Source of the DNA: Octopus bimaculoides
Lineage: Eukaryota
Direction: 5' to 3'
DNA length: 54,048 bases
NCBI RefSeq assembly: GCF_001194135.2
Contig: NC_068981.1
Coordinates: 33,879,897 to 33,933,944 of the forward strand
Shown here piece after piece: positions 13,026 to 26,091 of this stretch. The notes below the pieces were generated by a model. It did no database searches. It was not told where the DNA came from and was given only the letters and a program-made list of their open reading frames with translations. How positions within the stretch are numbered: the stretch's first letter is position 1; every line of letters begins with the position of its first letter. The position numbers and the translations under genes are program-made.

Positions 13026-13402
13026 GTGGAGGCGCAATGGCCCAGTGGTTAGGGCAGCGGACTCGCGGTCATAAGATCGCGGTTTCGATTGCCAGACCGG
13101 GCGTTGTGTTTATTGAGTGAAAACATCTAAAGCTCCACGAGGCTCCGGCAGGGGATGGTGGCGAACCCTGCTGTACTCTTTCACCACAACTTTCACTCTT
13201 ACTTCCTGTTTCTGTTGTGCCTGTAATTCAAAGGGTCAGCCTTGTCACACACCGTCTCACGCTGAATATCCCCGAGAACTACGTTAAGGGTACACGTGTC
13301 TGTGGAGTGCTCAGCCACTTGCACGTTAATTTCACGAGCAGGCTGTTCCGTTGATCGGATCAACTGGAACCCTCGACGTCGTAAGCGACGGAGTGCCAAC
13401 AG
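13026..13402 (+). mobile_element. tRNA-derived SINE family A, inserted in the 3' region of the Dong/R4 LINE
   Basis: Full family A sequence. Imperfect TSD ATTTCTGCTGTTA (13013-13025) / ATTTCTACTGTTA (13405-13417). Confidence 0.92.
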
Positions 13403-16149
13403 AAATTTCTACTGTTAACTTAGTGTCTTGTCCATTGTGTACAGTATGTGTAATGTGAGTTGTAACATTTTGTTGAGAAGCATTGAATAGAAAACGAGTT
13501 ATATCAATTGTTGATGCCGCAGTGTGGGATATTGATTATATAAGGGAATGTTTTGTGCATTTTATTGGGTCATGATTGTGCAGATTATATGGTGCATTAT
13601 ATTCTTTGGTGATAATCCCACAGAGTGCGTTTTGTGTGAATTTTGCTTTATTGGATGGTTATTGAATAGGGTGTCTGTCATGTGCGGTGAAGCTGTACTG
13701 TTTGAGTTGTGCTGTTGAGCAGAACGCGCGCAACATTGTGAGATATGGTATGGTTTGTGTGTTTTTGTTCAAAACTTACCTGTCATATTTTTTATTTGTA
13801 TAAGACTGTGTCCTAATTGTGAGTGAGGTTGGTATTCTTAGTGTTTATTAGATTTGAGTTTAATTACTTCTGTGCACTCTTAGTAGTTTCTTTTCCACTT
13901 ATCTATTTTTCAGTTTATTAAATTGATGCTGTAGTTTATATCTGTGGGTGCTGGTGTATTTAAACCTATTATCTTATTACCAGCATTGAATGTTTTTTGA
14001 TATTCATTTGATTCTTGAGGCCATGTTATCGGTTTCATATACTTTTAAGTATTTGAAAAGGTGGTTATTCTTTATTTCTCGGATCTCGGTGTCTGTATCA
14101 AATTTATTGTCTGCAGATTTAGTCAATTTGTCTTTTCTTTTAATAGTTTTTGGTATATTTAGCTAATCCCATATACATTTGTATTTGTCTAATCTCATAC
14201 ACCATACACATTTGTAAGTCTTGGCCGACTTTATCAACAGTTTTGAGCAGATTTTAGTATTATTCCATGCAACTATTTTAAAGTCAGCCATGTAGACGAA
14301 ATGGTTTATAGTTTTTGCGTCATGTGTTTGTAATCATTGACAGATTCATTCAGTAAATTGACTAATTGGATTAGACTAGGAAAAATAGTAGTGAGGATAG
14401 TGGATCTTTCTAGTAGTTTCCTCTTCTTAAGACTATATAGCCTGCTTCATTATCTCCCGATTTTGTTTTCTTGTAAAGGTGTGGTTATTTCCTTATTGAC
14501 ATGGCATATTTGAGGTGTTTGTCAGAGGCTGCTAATTTACGTGGTATCTAAAAGTGTCGTATACTATCAACTATTTTTCAGTAGTCAATCCACCTCATGT
14601 TAAAGTTAGCTTTCTTCTCTTCAATGTCTTCTGTAATAGCCCGATTTACCAAAAGAAACTCTTCACAGATATGAATATCTTTCCAGCATTCTTCCTGCTT
14701 TTCTGGTAATGTTATTTTATTGCTCTTCAGGTAGGAGAGTAATCAGCCTGTTGTAAAGTATAGATGTAAGGGGTTTGTATGCTGCTGGTACCCTCTTTAT
14801 AAGTATATAGTTTGTAGGTACCTAATAATTTTGTTTTCAGGAATTCATTTTACTCCCCCACCATCCAAGTGTTGATTCTACTTATCACTTTAATGTATGA
14901 TGCCACCACATATCTTTGAGAACTTTTGAGATATTTTGTTGAAATTAGAGACCTTGCTGGTTATACCCGTGGCGCTTTTACATACGTATTTCCCATCTTT
15001 CTTTCCTTTGGTCATATGTTGTTCTCCGCTTGATTAACCAACCAGATGTAGTGTATAAATATAATGAAATTATAGTTCTAAGATTTGGTGGTAGTGGTGG
15101 TAGCGGGGATCTAAAATCTTATTTTTTATAATTAAATAATTGATGTTTTCTCCTTTAGCAACCATTCAAAGGTTGTTTCTGCTCTCCGGTACCAGTACAG
15201 TGGATACTGTTTAGATCAGTATTTCTCAACCATTTTCCTACCTATTTGATTTCTATTTTAGTCGGATAGATCCTCATAATCATTCGATGTTTGAAAAATC
15301 CTTTTATACTCTTATAAATTAATTATCATTAGGAATTGTATTAAAAAAATTTTAAACTATTTTGTGTATTGTTGAAGTAAAACCAATTTATTATACTTAA
15401 ATTTTAACAACAAAGATGCTTCAGTCAACCCTTTGGGCTTTCCATTTCTTTGCATTTCTTAGTCTGTTGGTGAGTTCCTCCCTGATTATAACGTGCCATG
15501 TTTGTAGTGCTGTTATTTATTTTTTCTCTTCCCTTTTAATCAATTATGTTTTATAATGTGTGTTGAATATTTTTGTTCCACATTCTCTCATTATGTTTCA
15601 ATTATGTTGTTATTGGTATTCCTTCAGTGTTTTGTTTTTAATTTTTAGTTAATGTTAATGTCCCTGTAAAATTTTTCAGTATTTGATTTCAAATACTTTG
15701 TTCTCCTGGAAGAAATGCTCTCGTTTCTCGAGGCATTTTATTCTGCATGTTTTTGCTGATAGGATTCGTTTAAGCCTTTCTTTTGATTTCTGACTGTTTT
15801 CATTTATCGTTCGCGCTCTTTTTTGTCTTTTTCATGTAGGATCCCTCGTTCTCTCTCTTGCTAAATAAAGATAGGCCTTTTTTTTTCCAGTTTATCTTTT
15901 TGTCAATTTTCTTTACATTTTAGGTGGTGGTGGTGGTGGTTGTACAGAAGAAGGTCTGATTCTATTAGGGAGAGCCAATTTATCTCGATACAATCACTGC
16001 AACTGAACAGAACAGATCATTCAGTCTGTTGATATTCAGGTAGTTTGTTGCCGTGGACAAACTTTTTGTGGGATCCTATTTCGTTTATTTATACTTTCGT
16101 AGAGCTTCTTGTTCATGTATAGCTTGAGCAGGTGTTTACATTGATCCGT

Positions 16150-16306
16150 GTTAATCGATTTCTTCTTCTTCTTCTTCTTCTTCTTCTTCTTCTTCTTCTT
16201 CTTCTTCTTCTTCTTCTTCTTCTTCTTCTTCTCCTCCTCCTCCTCCTCCTCCTTCTTCTTCTTCTTCTTCTTCTTCTTCTTCTTCTTCTTCTTCTTCTTC
16301 TTCTTC
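16150..16306. repeat. (CTT)n/(CTC)n microsatellite
   Basis: Directly visible; source of the poly-L, poly-F and poly-E ORFs. Confidence 0.95.
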
Positions 16307-17261
16307 TCTTTTCATTTTCTTTTTATCTTTCATTCTTCTTATTGTTTCGGTTAGGATCTCCTTAATGTTAAATCTGGTTAATCTATTATAATGTATGCTT
16401 TTATTCCTACGGTTAAATATCCCATGTGTCCTTTTTATTTGTTGTAATGCCTTGTTTGTTTCTTGTGTGGTGGATTCCTTGCCATTTTCCCTACTTTGAG
16501 TTCTCCGTTTATTGTACATGGGATCATTTGTGTTTTGTTGTTTTTTCTTTTATAGAATCTTATATATTTTGTATGTAACGAGTTTTATTGTAATGATTCC
16601 CCTGCTTTGTGGTTTGCGGTTCCTTTGTCTTGTGTTCATTGTGTATTAATTCTATGAAACGGATTTCAATTATGATGATTTTGTTAATGTTTGTAATAAA
16701 ACGCATATTCACAAGAGTGTTTGCATTTATATTTTCCACCATTTCTTCGTTTTTTTTTTTACATGCTCTGGCAATGCATATTTCTTTGTTATAGTGGTCG
16801 TGTGTGTTGTATATGGAGTTGATATGTAATAATGAATTTATATTCATACTAGTGTTGATGGGACCAATGTTTTCTTTTTTTTATGTTGTACTTATTTTGG
16901 GCGTTAGCAATAAGAGGTCGGCCTTTCTTCCCGGAGATAATCTTTTGAGAAAACACCGACACTAAACCTCGTGAAACATCACTTTATATCGTGATCGTAA
17001 GAAACTTACGCTATGAAATTCATTATCATTTATGACTCGGACGGTTGTGTTGCTATCGATTTATTTATCTATCAATGGGCATGAAATTTAAAGTACATTT
17101 TTTAAAAATTAGTTTTCTTATAATTTACACTGAAAAGTTTGTTTTGTGTCTTATTTGTATTCAAAAGTTCGCTTGCCTTTTCTGTTTGTCTTAAGCGCTC
17201 ATCCGCTTTTTACTTCCGTGCGTACATTATTCAAACAAAATATTTTGTGTATAATCCTTTC

Positions 17262-17469
17262 TACTATAGGCACAAGGCCTGAAATTTGCGGGGATTGGGT
17301 AAGTCGAACACATCGACCCCGGTGTTCAACTGGTACTTATTTCATCGACTCCGAAAAGTTGAAAGGCAAAGTCGACCTCGGCAGAATATGAACTCAGAAC
17401 AGAGCGACGAGCGAAATACCGCTAGGCATTTTGTCCAGCGTACTAACAATTCTGCCAGCTTACCGCCTT
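17262..17469 (-). mobile_element. tRNA-derived SINE family C
   Basis: Reverse complement of AAGGCGGTAAGCTGGCAGAATTG...GAGTTCATATTCTGCCGAGGTCGACTTTGCCTTTC...AAATAAGTACCAG; collinear with 42973 and 50902. Confidence 0.88.
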
Positions 17470-17679
17470 TATTTTGTATATAATAACCACATATCACTCG
17501 TGCCATATAATATATATTATAATATATATTATAATATATATCTTTTATAATTACATATCTTATTATAATTACATATCATGCAATACATAGCTTTTATAAT
17601 CGTTTTTTTTTTTTGTGTTTGTATTCAAAAGATCATAGCGCTGTATTTTGTTTGTCCCACGCGCTTACTTTATTTTACA

Positions 17680-18070
17680 TACTGACATTGTGTTGACATT
17701 CGATATCGAGAAATTTGTTTTGATTGAGAGGAAGTATCGAAAAATGATAATAAGGGCTAGAATAATGAAATGAAATTTTCTATTCACACTTGACAGTGTG
17801 AACAGAAAAATACTGAGATGTATAAGTATCTTGGAATACTAGAAATTGATACAATTAAAAGTGTAGAAATGAAGGTAAGCTTTAGAAGAAGATGTTTTCG
17901 CAAACTTAAAATTATAAAAGTCAAATTGAATACAGAAAATATCGTTGATGCAATCAACTTGAGGTAATATCCTTAATAAGGTATGAAGCAGAAATCTCTG
18001 ATGGAAGATGGATGAATTGAAGGAGATCGACAGAGAAAAAAAAAGTGGTTCATTTTGCATGAATCGCTAA
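17680..18070 (+). mobile_element. Second Dong/R4-type RT C-terminal fragment
   Basis: DIVLTFDIEKF, then EMYKYLGILEIDTIKSVEMK...KLNTENIVDAIN, then LIRY.A..S..W.DELKEIDR, matching the YKYLGI.E..I...MKE...LN..N.I.AIN pattern. Confidence 0.8.
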
Positions 18071-19002
18071 TACTGGAAAAGAACGGATTGCAAAAGGTAT
18101 TTAATGAATGCCGAAGAGGTGGTTGAACTAAAGAAAGCAACTCCAGGCTTTTGTTTGAAGAAGAACATTCTTAAGTAGGTAGTACGATAAGGGTTATCAT
18201 TGTTATTATTTCCGTGAATGGTGGTATGCGTGGATGCTTAACATCTACCGTGTTTCCTAGAATGTGAGGATATGTGGTCATCATTTGTGAGAACCACTTT
18301 CTCATAACCAGTTCCCTTGACGGAGCTTTAGTCTAGAATTAAGAGTAGATCAACTTTTGGTGTCTGGTATCTGGAATGCTGTCAGACGCTCACAGTCATC
18401 GACCAGTTGGACAGTGCACTAGGTGGGACGTTACTGCTCGTGTTCTATAGTAGAGAATGAATGGTAAAAAATGCTAAACATCAATGAAATCTGAATAGTA
18501 TATTTCTGAGGATTTTCAAATCAAGAATCATGAACAACTTCCCCAAACTCCCTGGCTTGGCACTGTTCTTGAGAGTGCAGAATCGCAGACAGTTGGACCT
18601 ATTTAAATTGCGCGCACAGCGACGAAATTGTCCTTCGAACATTGTCCGAGCATTGCTGACATGTGAGATTATGTTGAGACACTGTTGCGATTAATATGAA
18701 CCCAAGTTGTAAATTTAGTTCTTTCGGAAGATCGCTTCATCGTCAGCCAATTTTCCCTCTCCGGTTGCTATGGTTAAAAATGCAATCCAGTGAACATGAT
18801 TGAAATGTTTAAGAAAAGACACTTGCCTATCTGGTCAGGCCTTCATTAGTTTCTTCAAATGCAATTTGCAATGGGAGGAAGATAAATAGAGAAATAGGGA
18901 AAGTTCTGCTCGCCAGATGTTTGATTGAAAGAGGGTGAGAGTAGCAAAAACGTGTCAGATGAATGTCTTTATTTAATAGACGTAGGATTATAGTTTGAAG
19001 AA

Positions 19003-19240
19003 GATCTTGTAATTGGTAGTAAGGATAATCCGGCATTTGAGGAGTTCCTCGATTGACCCCACCTGGCTGTCTCCTCATTGCGGTGTTTCATTCCAGTTTT
19101 GTTTCCCTTCGTCAACAGGTCTGAGGTTACGGCTAAAAGATGGATATTGTTCTTGATAGTAAGGATAAAGCGGCATTTGTGGAGTTCCTTGATTAACTCC
19201 ATGTAGTTGTCCGCTTATTGAGACATTTCATATCACTTTT
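19003..19240. repeat. Diverged tandem duplication, about 140-bp period
   Basis: TAGTAAGGATAATCCGGCATTTGAGGAGTTCCTCGATTGAC recurs as TAGTAAGGATAAAGCGGCATTTGTGGAGTTCCTTGATTAAC. Confidence 0.75.
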
Positions 19241-19418
19241 GTTTATTCTATTGTTTTACATATCTTTTCTTTCATATCGTTTTTGTTTTGATAATTCCTG
19301 TCCACCTACTTTCTAATTTGTCATAGTAATGTTTACCTGACCATCGCTCTTGTGGTAAGCTTTATTATTATTATTAATATTATTATTATTATTATTTTAT
19401 TATTATTATTATTATTAC

Positions 19419-19455
<37 letters not shown>

Positions 19456-19693
19456 GCTGTTGTAGTNNNNNNNNNNNNNNNNNNNNNNNNNNNNNNNNNN
19501 NNNNNNNNNNNNNNNNNNNNNNNNNNNNNNNNNNNNNNCATAATCCATTCATTCATTCCTTTCTTTTTTCCTTTGTTTTTTTTTTAATTTTAATTTTCAT
19601 TTTCATTAATCGCTTCCTTAAAACGATTTTATTACATTTCTAAAATTGTTACATTTTTTAAATTCGCATTTTTCTACACTCAATCATTTCTTT

Positions 19694-19729
<36 letters not shown>

Positions 19730-20696
19730 TTCACTTCTCTTTCTCTCTCTCTCACTTTTTTTTCTCCCTTTGATCATGTTCATACTTTTTTTTTTCCATT
19801 CCTCTAAAAGTATTCAACTGCAAAATTTTCATTTGCTTCAACTACACAGCATTCTGCCACGTTCTCTGTTTTTATTTTTTAAATTTCACTTTCTATTTCA
19901 TATTGTACAGGTTATTATCAGAATTTTAGAAACATCATCGTCGTCGTCATTGTCATCCTCATTGTCTTCGTCTTCGTCGTCATCGTTGTCACCGCCGTAG
20001 TCGTCGTCATCATCATCATCATCATCATCATCATCACCAGCCATCATCGTCATTTAATAAGACATTATGGTAACGGCATTGCAAGAAACGGTTGTGTGCC
20101 GGATTAAACGTATTATAAATATTTATACGTGTGTTGATTTAGCCTTTTACTGTTCTCGTTATTGTTGTTTAATAACCGAGTTGATCTATGATTGAAGATT
20201 TTCCAGCCGTGACCATCGCGTCTTCGTCTTCTTTACCAGGGACTATACTTTCTAATGACCATACTTTCTATGATGTAATTTTGGTGAATTTAGCTGCTAT
20301 TTTTAGCAGATCAACGGACTGCACGGACGATTGTTCATCCTTCTTCAAAGTCAGTAAAGTAAAAACCATTATTTACATTATTTACATTTGACGGATATTT
20401 GCCAAGAAATCGTTATGCGTTTAAAAATTTCATTCTCTAGGAGCGTTATTCGTTAATTCGTTTGATGGTTTCATACATTGGAGTAAGATATCCAATTTGC
20501 AGGGTAGATACGTCACCTGATAATATACCTTGTGGTATTTGATCTGGATCTCTTCGATCTGACTCCAAATTCTGGTGAGGCCTTCTGAGCTTTTAATACC
20601 TTTGGTGGTCGATAAATGAAGTATAACTGAAAGGGTCACTTTCCTCTGCTTCCCTCTCTGTCTGTCTGTCTCATGCATGACCGTGCACTCACATAC

Positions 20697-20745
<49 letters not shown>

Positions 20746-21206
20746 NNNNNNNNNNTCTCTCTCTCTCTCTCTCTCTCATAACAGTTCTCGAGTGAGCAGG
20801 ACCTGAATGATCATTTCGCAGTCCCACTGCATATACAACAAGAAAGGAAAACGGTCATCCGACTGTTGCTATGCTAGGATACTTCCTTCTCTATTATAGT
20901 CGACTACAACAACCTTGGTACATTTTTTATCGACTGATACTTATAATATAAACCTCAGAAACACAAACGAAAAAGTGAGACTTGACGAGGTTTGAACTCC
21001 GATCGCAAAGAGGCATGACCAAATATGATGTCCTACCAGTTCTACCATTCATTCGACATAGAATAATTACCAGAAATATACTAGAAAGGGATTTAATTAA
21101 TTTTCTGTGTCCTGCTCCAAACTGCTTATTCAATAAAGACATTTCTATCCGTCCCGGTTATGCCTGACCTGATAAATATGTATATAGTCTACTAGTTACA
21201 ACTCCA

Positions 21207-21810
21207 CTCTTTTACTCTTTTACTCTTTTACTTGTTTCAGTCATTTGACTGCGGTCATGCTGGAGCACCGCCTTTAGTCAAGCAAATCGACCCCAAAACT
21301 TATTCTTTGTAAGCCTAGTACTTATTCTGTCGGTCTCTTTTGCCGAACCGCTAAGTTACGGGGACGTAAACACATTAGTATCGGTTGTTAAGCGATGTTG
21401 GGGGGACAAACACAGACACACAAACATATACACACACACATACATATATATATATATNNNNNNNNNNNNNNNNNNNNNNNNNNNNNNNNNNNNNNNNNNN
21501 NNNNNNNNNNNNNNNNNNNNNNNNNNNNNNNNNNNNNNNNNNNNNNNNNNNNNNNNNNNNNNNNNNNNNNNNNNNNNNNNNNNNNNNNNNNNNNNNNNNN
21601 TATATATACGACAGGCTTCTTTCAGTTTCTGTCTACCAAATCCACTCACAAGGCTTTGATCGGCCCGAGGCTATAGTAGGAGACACTTGCCCAAGGTGCT
21701 ACGCGGTGGGAATGAACCCGGAACCATATGGTTGGTAAGCAAGCTACTTACCACACAGTCACTCCTGCGCCTATAGCCACTCCTGCGCCTATAGCCACTC
21801 CTGCGCCTAT
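21207..21810 (-). mobile_element. SINE family B with a gap in its internal microsatellite and a triplicated 5' end
   Basis: (ACTCTTTT)n tail, family B body, and CACTCCTGCGCCTAT three times at 21760-21810. Confidence 0.9.
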
Positions 21811-22064
21811 AAATTATAGACACAAATTATAAATTATCTGCAAGGTTCAGTGCATAGTACCAGTAGACGGAATGACTGACTGCAATGTAAAAAAAAATCT
21901 TTATATGATTCTTCTGGTTTTGTAGATTTTTATTAGATCATAAGAATTTAGGTTTGGCACCAGTTTTATAACATGCAATAATTGAAGGAAATAATACTAG
22001 CTTCTTGACATGTCGCAGATGAAGGATAGCTTCTTGTTTCCTGTATAACATGCCAGTCTATGAT

Positions 22065-22200
22065 AGCTTAGTTAAACATTTCGCTTCACAAGAACATGAT
22101 TACGGGTTCGATCCTACTGCACAATTTCTTTGATAAATGCTTTCTACCATAGTTTCGGGTCGATTAAAACCTTGTGAGTAAAATTTAGTGGAGGGAAATT
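22065..22200 (+). mobile_element. Old SINE family B-like head fragment
   Basis: GGGTTCGATCCTACTGC...TTTCTACCATAGTTTCGGGTCGA..AAAACCTTGTGAGT is a diverged match to family B. Confidence 0.5.
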
Positions 22201-22697
22201 ATGTGGAAGAGCATCGGGATGAGGAATTAGCTCTTGTTCTTACGCGGTGGACTTAATCCGTTGCCTGGCTAAATATCATCACCTGATCCTTGGGTAGTTG
22301 CCTTTAGTGGAGACGACTCTGTTGCAGACATTTGGGCCAAATCTACAAGACCAGAAGAATCCTTTACAGACGTCCGTCTGAATACAGCTTCTCGTCCTTC
22401 CTAAATCTCGGAGACATTGAAAAAGGTACTGCCATTCCCTCATTGACTAAGCAATTAAGGAACAACACATATAGATAGTCTGTTATCTATTTCCGACAAT
22501 TAGGCGAACTTCCACAATATAAATTAAAATGGTTTTCTCATAAACGTAAGGAAATATCTGCTGTGTATTTTATATAGTGACATTATTCTCACCCTCGTCC
22601 TCACCACCACCACCACCACCACCACCANNNNNNNNNNACCATCTCCAAACTTTGGACCTGAAACAGAATATTTTTGAAGACAAAAACTTTCATTCCA

Positions 22698-23440
22698 TTG
22701 CTACTGATCGTAGATAATGCACTTCTTACCTATAATTTCTATGTCACAAATATCCAAATGTTAAATGCATGTTTACGCCACCAAATACGCCACTATTGCA
22801 AATAATAGACCAAAGCGTCATTGCAACATTTAATACATATTGTCTTCAGTGCACATTTGGTCAGTTAATAAATGCTATTAACAAGAAAAGGGAACAACAC
22901 AAAAGGACCTTGGAAATTATTCAGTGCTTTATATGAAGTAAAAATATTAAAGAACTGGAACATAACTATAGAGAGAAAAATATGAAAGTCGTTCGGAATG
23001 AATTCTGCCTTCAATTCAATGAAAATTTTTATGATTTTGAAAGAGTAGAAAAGATTATTCAAAATAAAACAGAGGTTGATTGTTGATCTTGCTAATCAAT
23101 TGCACCTTGATGTTTCTACGAGTGACATAAAAGACCTATTTCGGTTACATGACCAAAAGCTCATAAACGAAAGCCTCATTGAAACTGAAGGACATTATGA
23201 AGAAAATGGAAAAGATTTAACAATGGAAACCCCTGCTTATTCCATCCCTGTTGAAGAAATAAACGAAACCTCACCGCACAATCAAATAGCGATTGAGATT
23301 TTCAAGTCCCAATATTCAAATTACAAGTGAAGTTGAAAATTTGCTGCCAATCTAAATAAATATCTCTTCTGGTCATTATGAAAGACAGTCGAGGAAGCAC
23401 AGAACTCTCGGTACATTTATAAAGCAAAAAGAGACTTCTT
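22698..23440 (+). pseudogene. Tigger/pogo-type DDE transposase remnant
   Basis: LLLIVDNA, NVKCMFTPPNT, DQSVIATFNTYCLQCTFGQLINAI and LANQLHLDVSTSDIKDLFRLHDQKLINESL match TIGD/Tigger patterns (LLDNAP.H, FLPPNTT, DQG.I..FK); stops and frameshifts are present. Confidence 0.75.
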
Positions 23441-23492
23441 CAAATGATCCAATTACGAGCAGCGAAGCAGCAACAGAAAACAGTGCCATTTC

Positions 23493-23914
23493 ACTTTTTA
23501 CTCTTTTACTTGTTTCAGTCATTTGACTGCGGCCATGCTGGAGCACCACCTTTAGTCGAGCAAATCGACCCAGGACTTATTCTTTGGATGCCTAGTACTT
23601 ATTCTATCGGTCTCTTTTGCCGAACCGCTAAGTTACGGGGACGTAAACACACCAGCATCAGTTGTCAAGCGATATTGGGGGGGGGACAAACACAGACACA
23701 CAAACATACACACACACACACACATATATATATATATGCATATATATACGACGGGCTTCTTTCAGTTTCCATCTACCAAATCCACTCACAAGGCTTTGGT
23801 CGGCCCGAGGCTATAGTAGAAGACACATGCCCAAGATGCCACGCAGTGGGACTGAACCCGTAACCATGTGGTTGGTAAGCAAGTTACTTACCACACAGCC
23901 ACTCCTACGCCTAT
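23493..23914 (-). mobile_element. SINE family B, full length
   Basis: Collinear reverse-complement match to 1573-1988, including the internal CA/TA tract. Confidence 0.92.
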
Positions 23915-24619
23915 CACTGTTTATTATTTATAAATGATTAAGGCAGTATGTATACCACAGTAGAGGCCCTGCATATCTGGACATCACAGCAGAGGCATAT
24001 TTGTACATCAGATCGTAGGCTCGAAACGTCAAAGACTTTTCCATTCTCCCCGAGCGTCAAACTAATACACCTGCTTGTTGTATATATTGTTCATAGAAGA
24101 GGCATTTGAAAATGCAAGCCATACATTGTGAAGTGCGGCTGTGGTGAACATACATCTGTTGTAAAGTGTCTCTGCTGGAATATGACATTTTTATTGTGAA
24201 GCCCCGTTTTCTGTGAAGCACGTATATGCATTGTGGAATTTCTCTCCTGCGATATACATGAATGTATTGTTCCTATTGTTTTACACTTACACCTACCTCG
24301 AAGTGCCGGCTTCTGTGATGTACATACGTATATCGTGAAATATAATATCTCTGCTGTAATGTATATACATGTATTATCTCTGCTATGATGTACACACATC
24401 TATTAGGAAGTGTCTATACATCTATGTATTTACATGTATTGCATCTGTTGTAATATGCACACATGTAATGTGAAGTGTCACTCTGTAATGTATATATGCA
24501 TATTGTCCCTACTGTAATCTACACATAGTTATACTTCCGCCGTGAAATAGCTGGCAACTAGTGAATGGTTTGTTCAATCGCGTTAATTAAATTATCGATT
24601 CATCGATCATCACAAGGCG

Positions 24620-24782
24620 AGAAAGAGTGAGAGAGAGAGAAAGGTGAGGGAGAGAAAGGTGAGGGAGAGAAAGGTGAGAGAAAGGGATAGAAAGGGAAAC
24701 TGGTTGGCAGAGAAAGGAACAGAGGGAAGGTAAGACATTGAGATAGAGAAACAAATAGATAGAGATAGACAGATAGATAGAC

Positions 24783-24826
<44 letters not shown>

Positions 24827-24909
24827 AAAGAGAGAGGGAGAGAGAGTCAAGAGATAGATAGATAGATAAATAGATAGATAGATATATAGATAAATAGAGA
24901 GATAGATAA

Positions 24910-24950
<41 letters not shown>

Positions 24951-25580
24951 ATAGATAGATAGAGAGAGAGATAGAGAGAGAGAGAGCAATTCCTTAATTG
25001 GAGAAAATGAAAAGGGAGAGGGAGATAAACTAGAAGGGAAGTTTGAGAAAGAGAGGGAGGGACAGGTTGAGAGTGAAAAAAGGGGAGAGAGAAGACATGG
25101 GCAGTAAAGGTGAAAACCAGAGCCAATCAGAAGAAGAATGTGGTTGTGTAGATATCGAGACAGAGATAGATAGAGAGATAGAAAAAGAAGGAGAGAGAAA
25201 GAGAGAAGGAAAGAGTAGTGAGAGATAACTAAAGAGAAGTAGGGGGAGAGAAGAAAGGAGAGAGAATGAGAGAAAATAGTTGTAAGGGAAAGACGTAGCC
25301 AATGAGGTAGAAATATTAATTTTAAGAGAGAGAGAGAGAGAGAGAGAGAAAGAAGTATAAAGGAGATGAAAGAGAAACCGATTTCGGAGAACATTGGAAA
25401 CAGCCAAACATAGGGAGTGACAGAAGTTGATTTTGAAATAGAAGTGAAAAAAAAAAAGAGAGAGAGGGAAGGAAGACGAAAGCGGACTGTGAAATGGAGG
25501 GAGAGAAGGTAAGAAAGCAGACGGAAGATTTGATTGAAATACAAAGAGAAAATCAAAGAGGAAAAGAAGATTGAAAGAGG
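24620..25580. repeat. About 1-kb purine-biased tract: (GA)n, (GATA)n and a GAGAGAAAGGTGAGG repeat
   Basis: Directly visible; source of the long L/S-rich ORFs 24587-25126, 24600-25682 and 25030-25773. Confidence 0.9.
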
Positions 25581-26091
25581 AGGGATATAAACACATACAC
25601 ACACAGGTACACACACGCACGCACACATACACGCGCACACGTACACACTCACGCATGCATGCACACAGACGCACACATGCATTCATATATATGTATGCGT
25701 GTTTACATTTGTACGTATATATGTATGTATGCATGTATCTATGTATGCATGTATGTACATGCAAACCTCTCACTTATATATAATGAGGTAAGAGAATAAC
25801 TCAATGCTCAAAAGGGCCAACGACATGAATTTCCATACTTAAATTTAAGGGTGGATTACTGAATCCTGTGCACAATAGATTCTTAACTATTTGACTTTTC
25901 TTTCCGAGTAGAAGACAGAACGGCGAAAAAAAAAAACAGACAAAAAACAAAAAAACATGATGGCAATTGTTAGCAACTCTCAAGGAGAAAGGGAGATAAT
26001 TTAAAGAAATCCAAAATAAGTTTCTCGAATTGAGGAAAAGATGGTTCGATTCTGATGATTTGTCACATGCAGGAACAAGTGTATACATATC

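Larger units (their letters stand above)
12930..16850 (-). mobile_element. Near full-length decayed Dong/R4-type non-LTR retrotransposon (RT plus restriction-like endonuclease)
   Basis: Minus-strand motifs in order, with many stops: RLNDLFCSVAVIV, QENKVF, AYKPLTSILYNRL, LPEKQEEC..CEEFLLVNRAITED, NFNMRWIDY*K.VDS..H (about 14555-14607), INHFVYMADFKI (YMDD-like, about 14280-14315), GMRLDK, LFKYLKVYE, NKIIGLNT.A...NYS, SHNVARVL (about 13711-13740). The ends are approximate. Confidence 0.8.

Noticed and set aside
13026-13100. tRNA-like sequence with A and B boxes
   Set aside because: It is the head of a SINE that continues into a 300-bp body with a TSD; none of the SINE heads is called as a tRNA gene.
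18330-18800. Possible Ty1/copia RT-RNaseH remnant on the minus strand
   Set aside because: Only vague similarity; no diagnostic motif could be read.
20240-20630. Exon-like segments with good acceptors (plus: GTILSNDHTFYD..., ALFVNSFDGFIHW; minus: ...GVRSKRS...)
   Set aside because: Several strands and frames are equally plausible, there is no recognisable homology, and no independent codon-level support exists.
24587-25773. Longest ORFs in the track (179, 247 and 360 aa)
   Set aside because: They are translations of (CT)n/(ATCT)n tracts that lack stops by composition; no coding signal.
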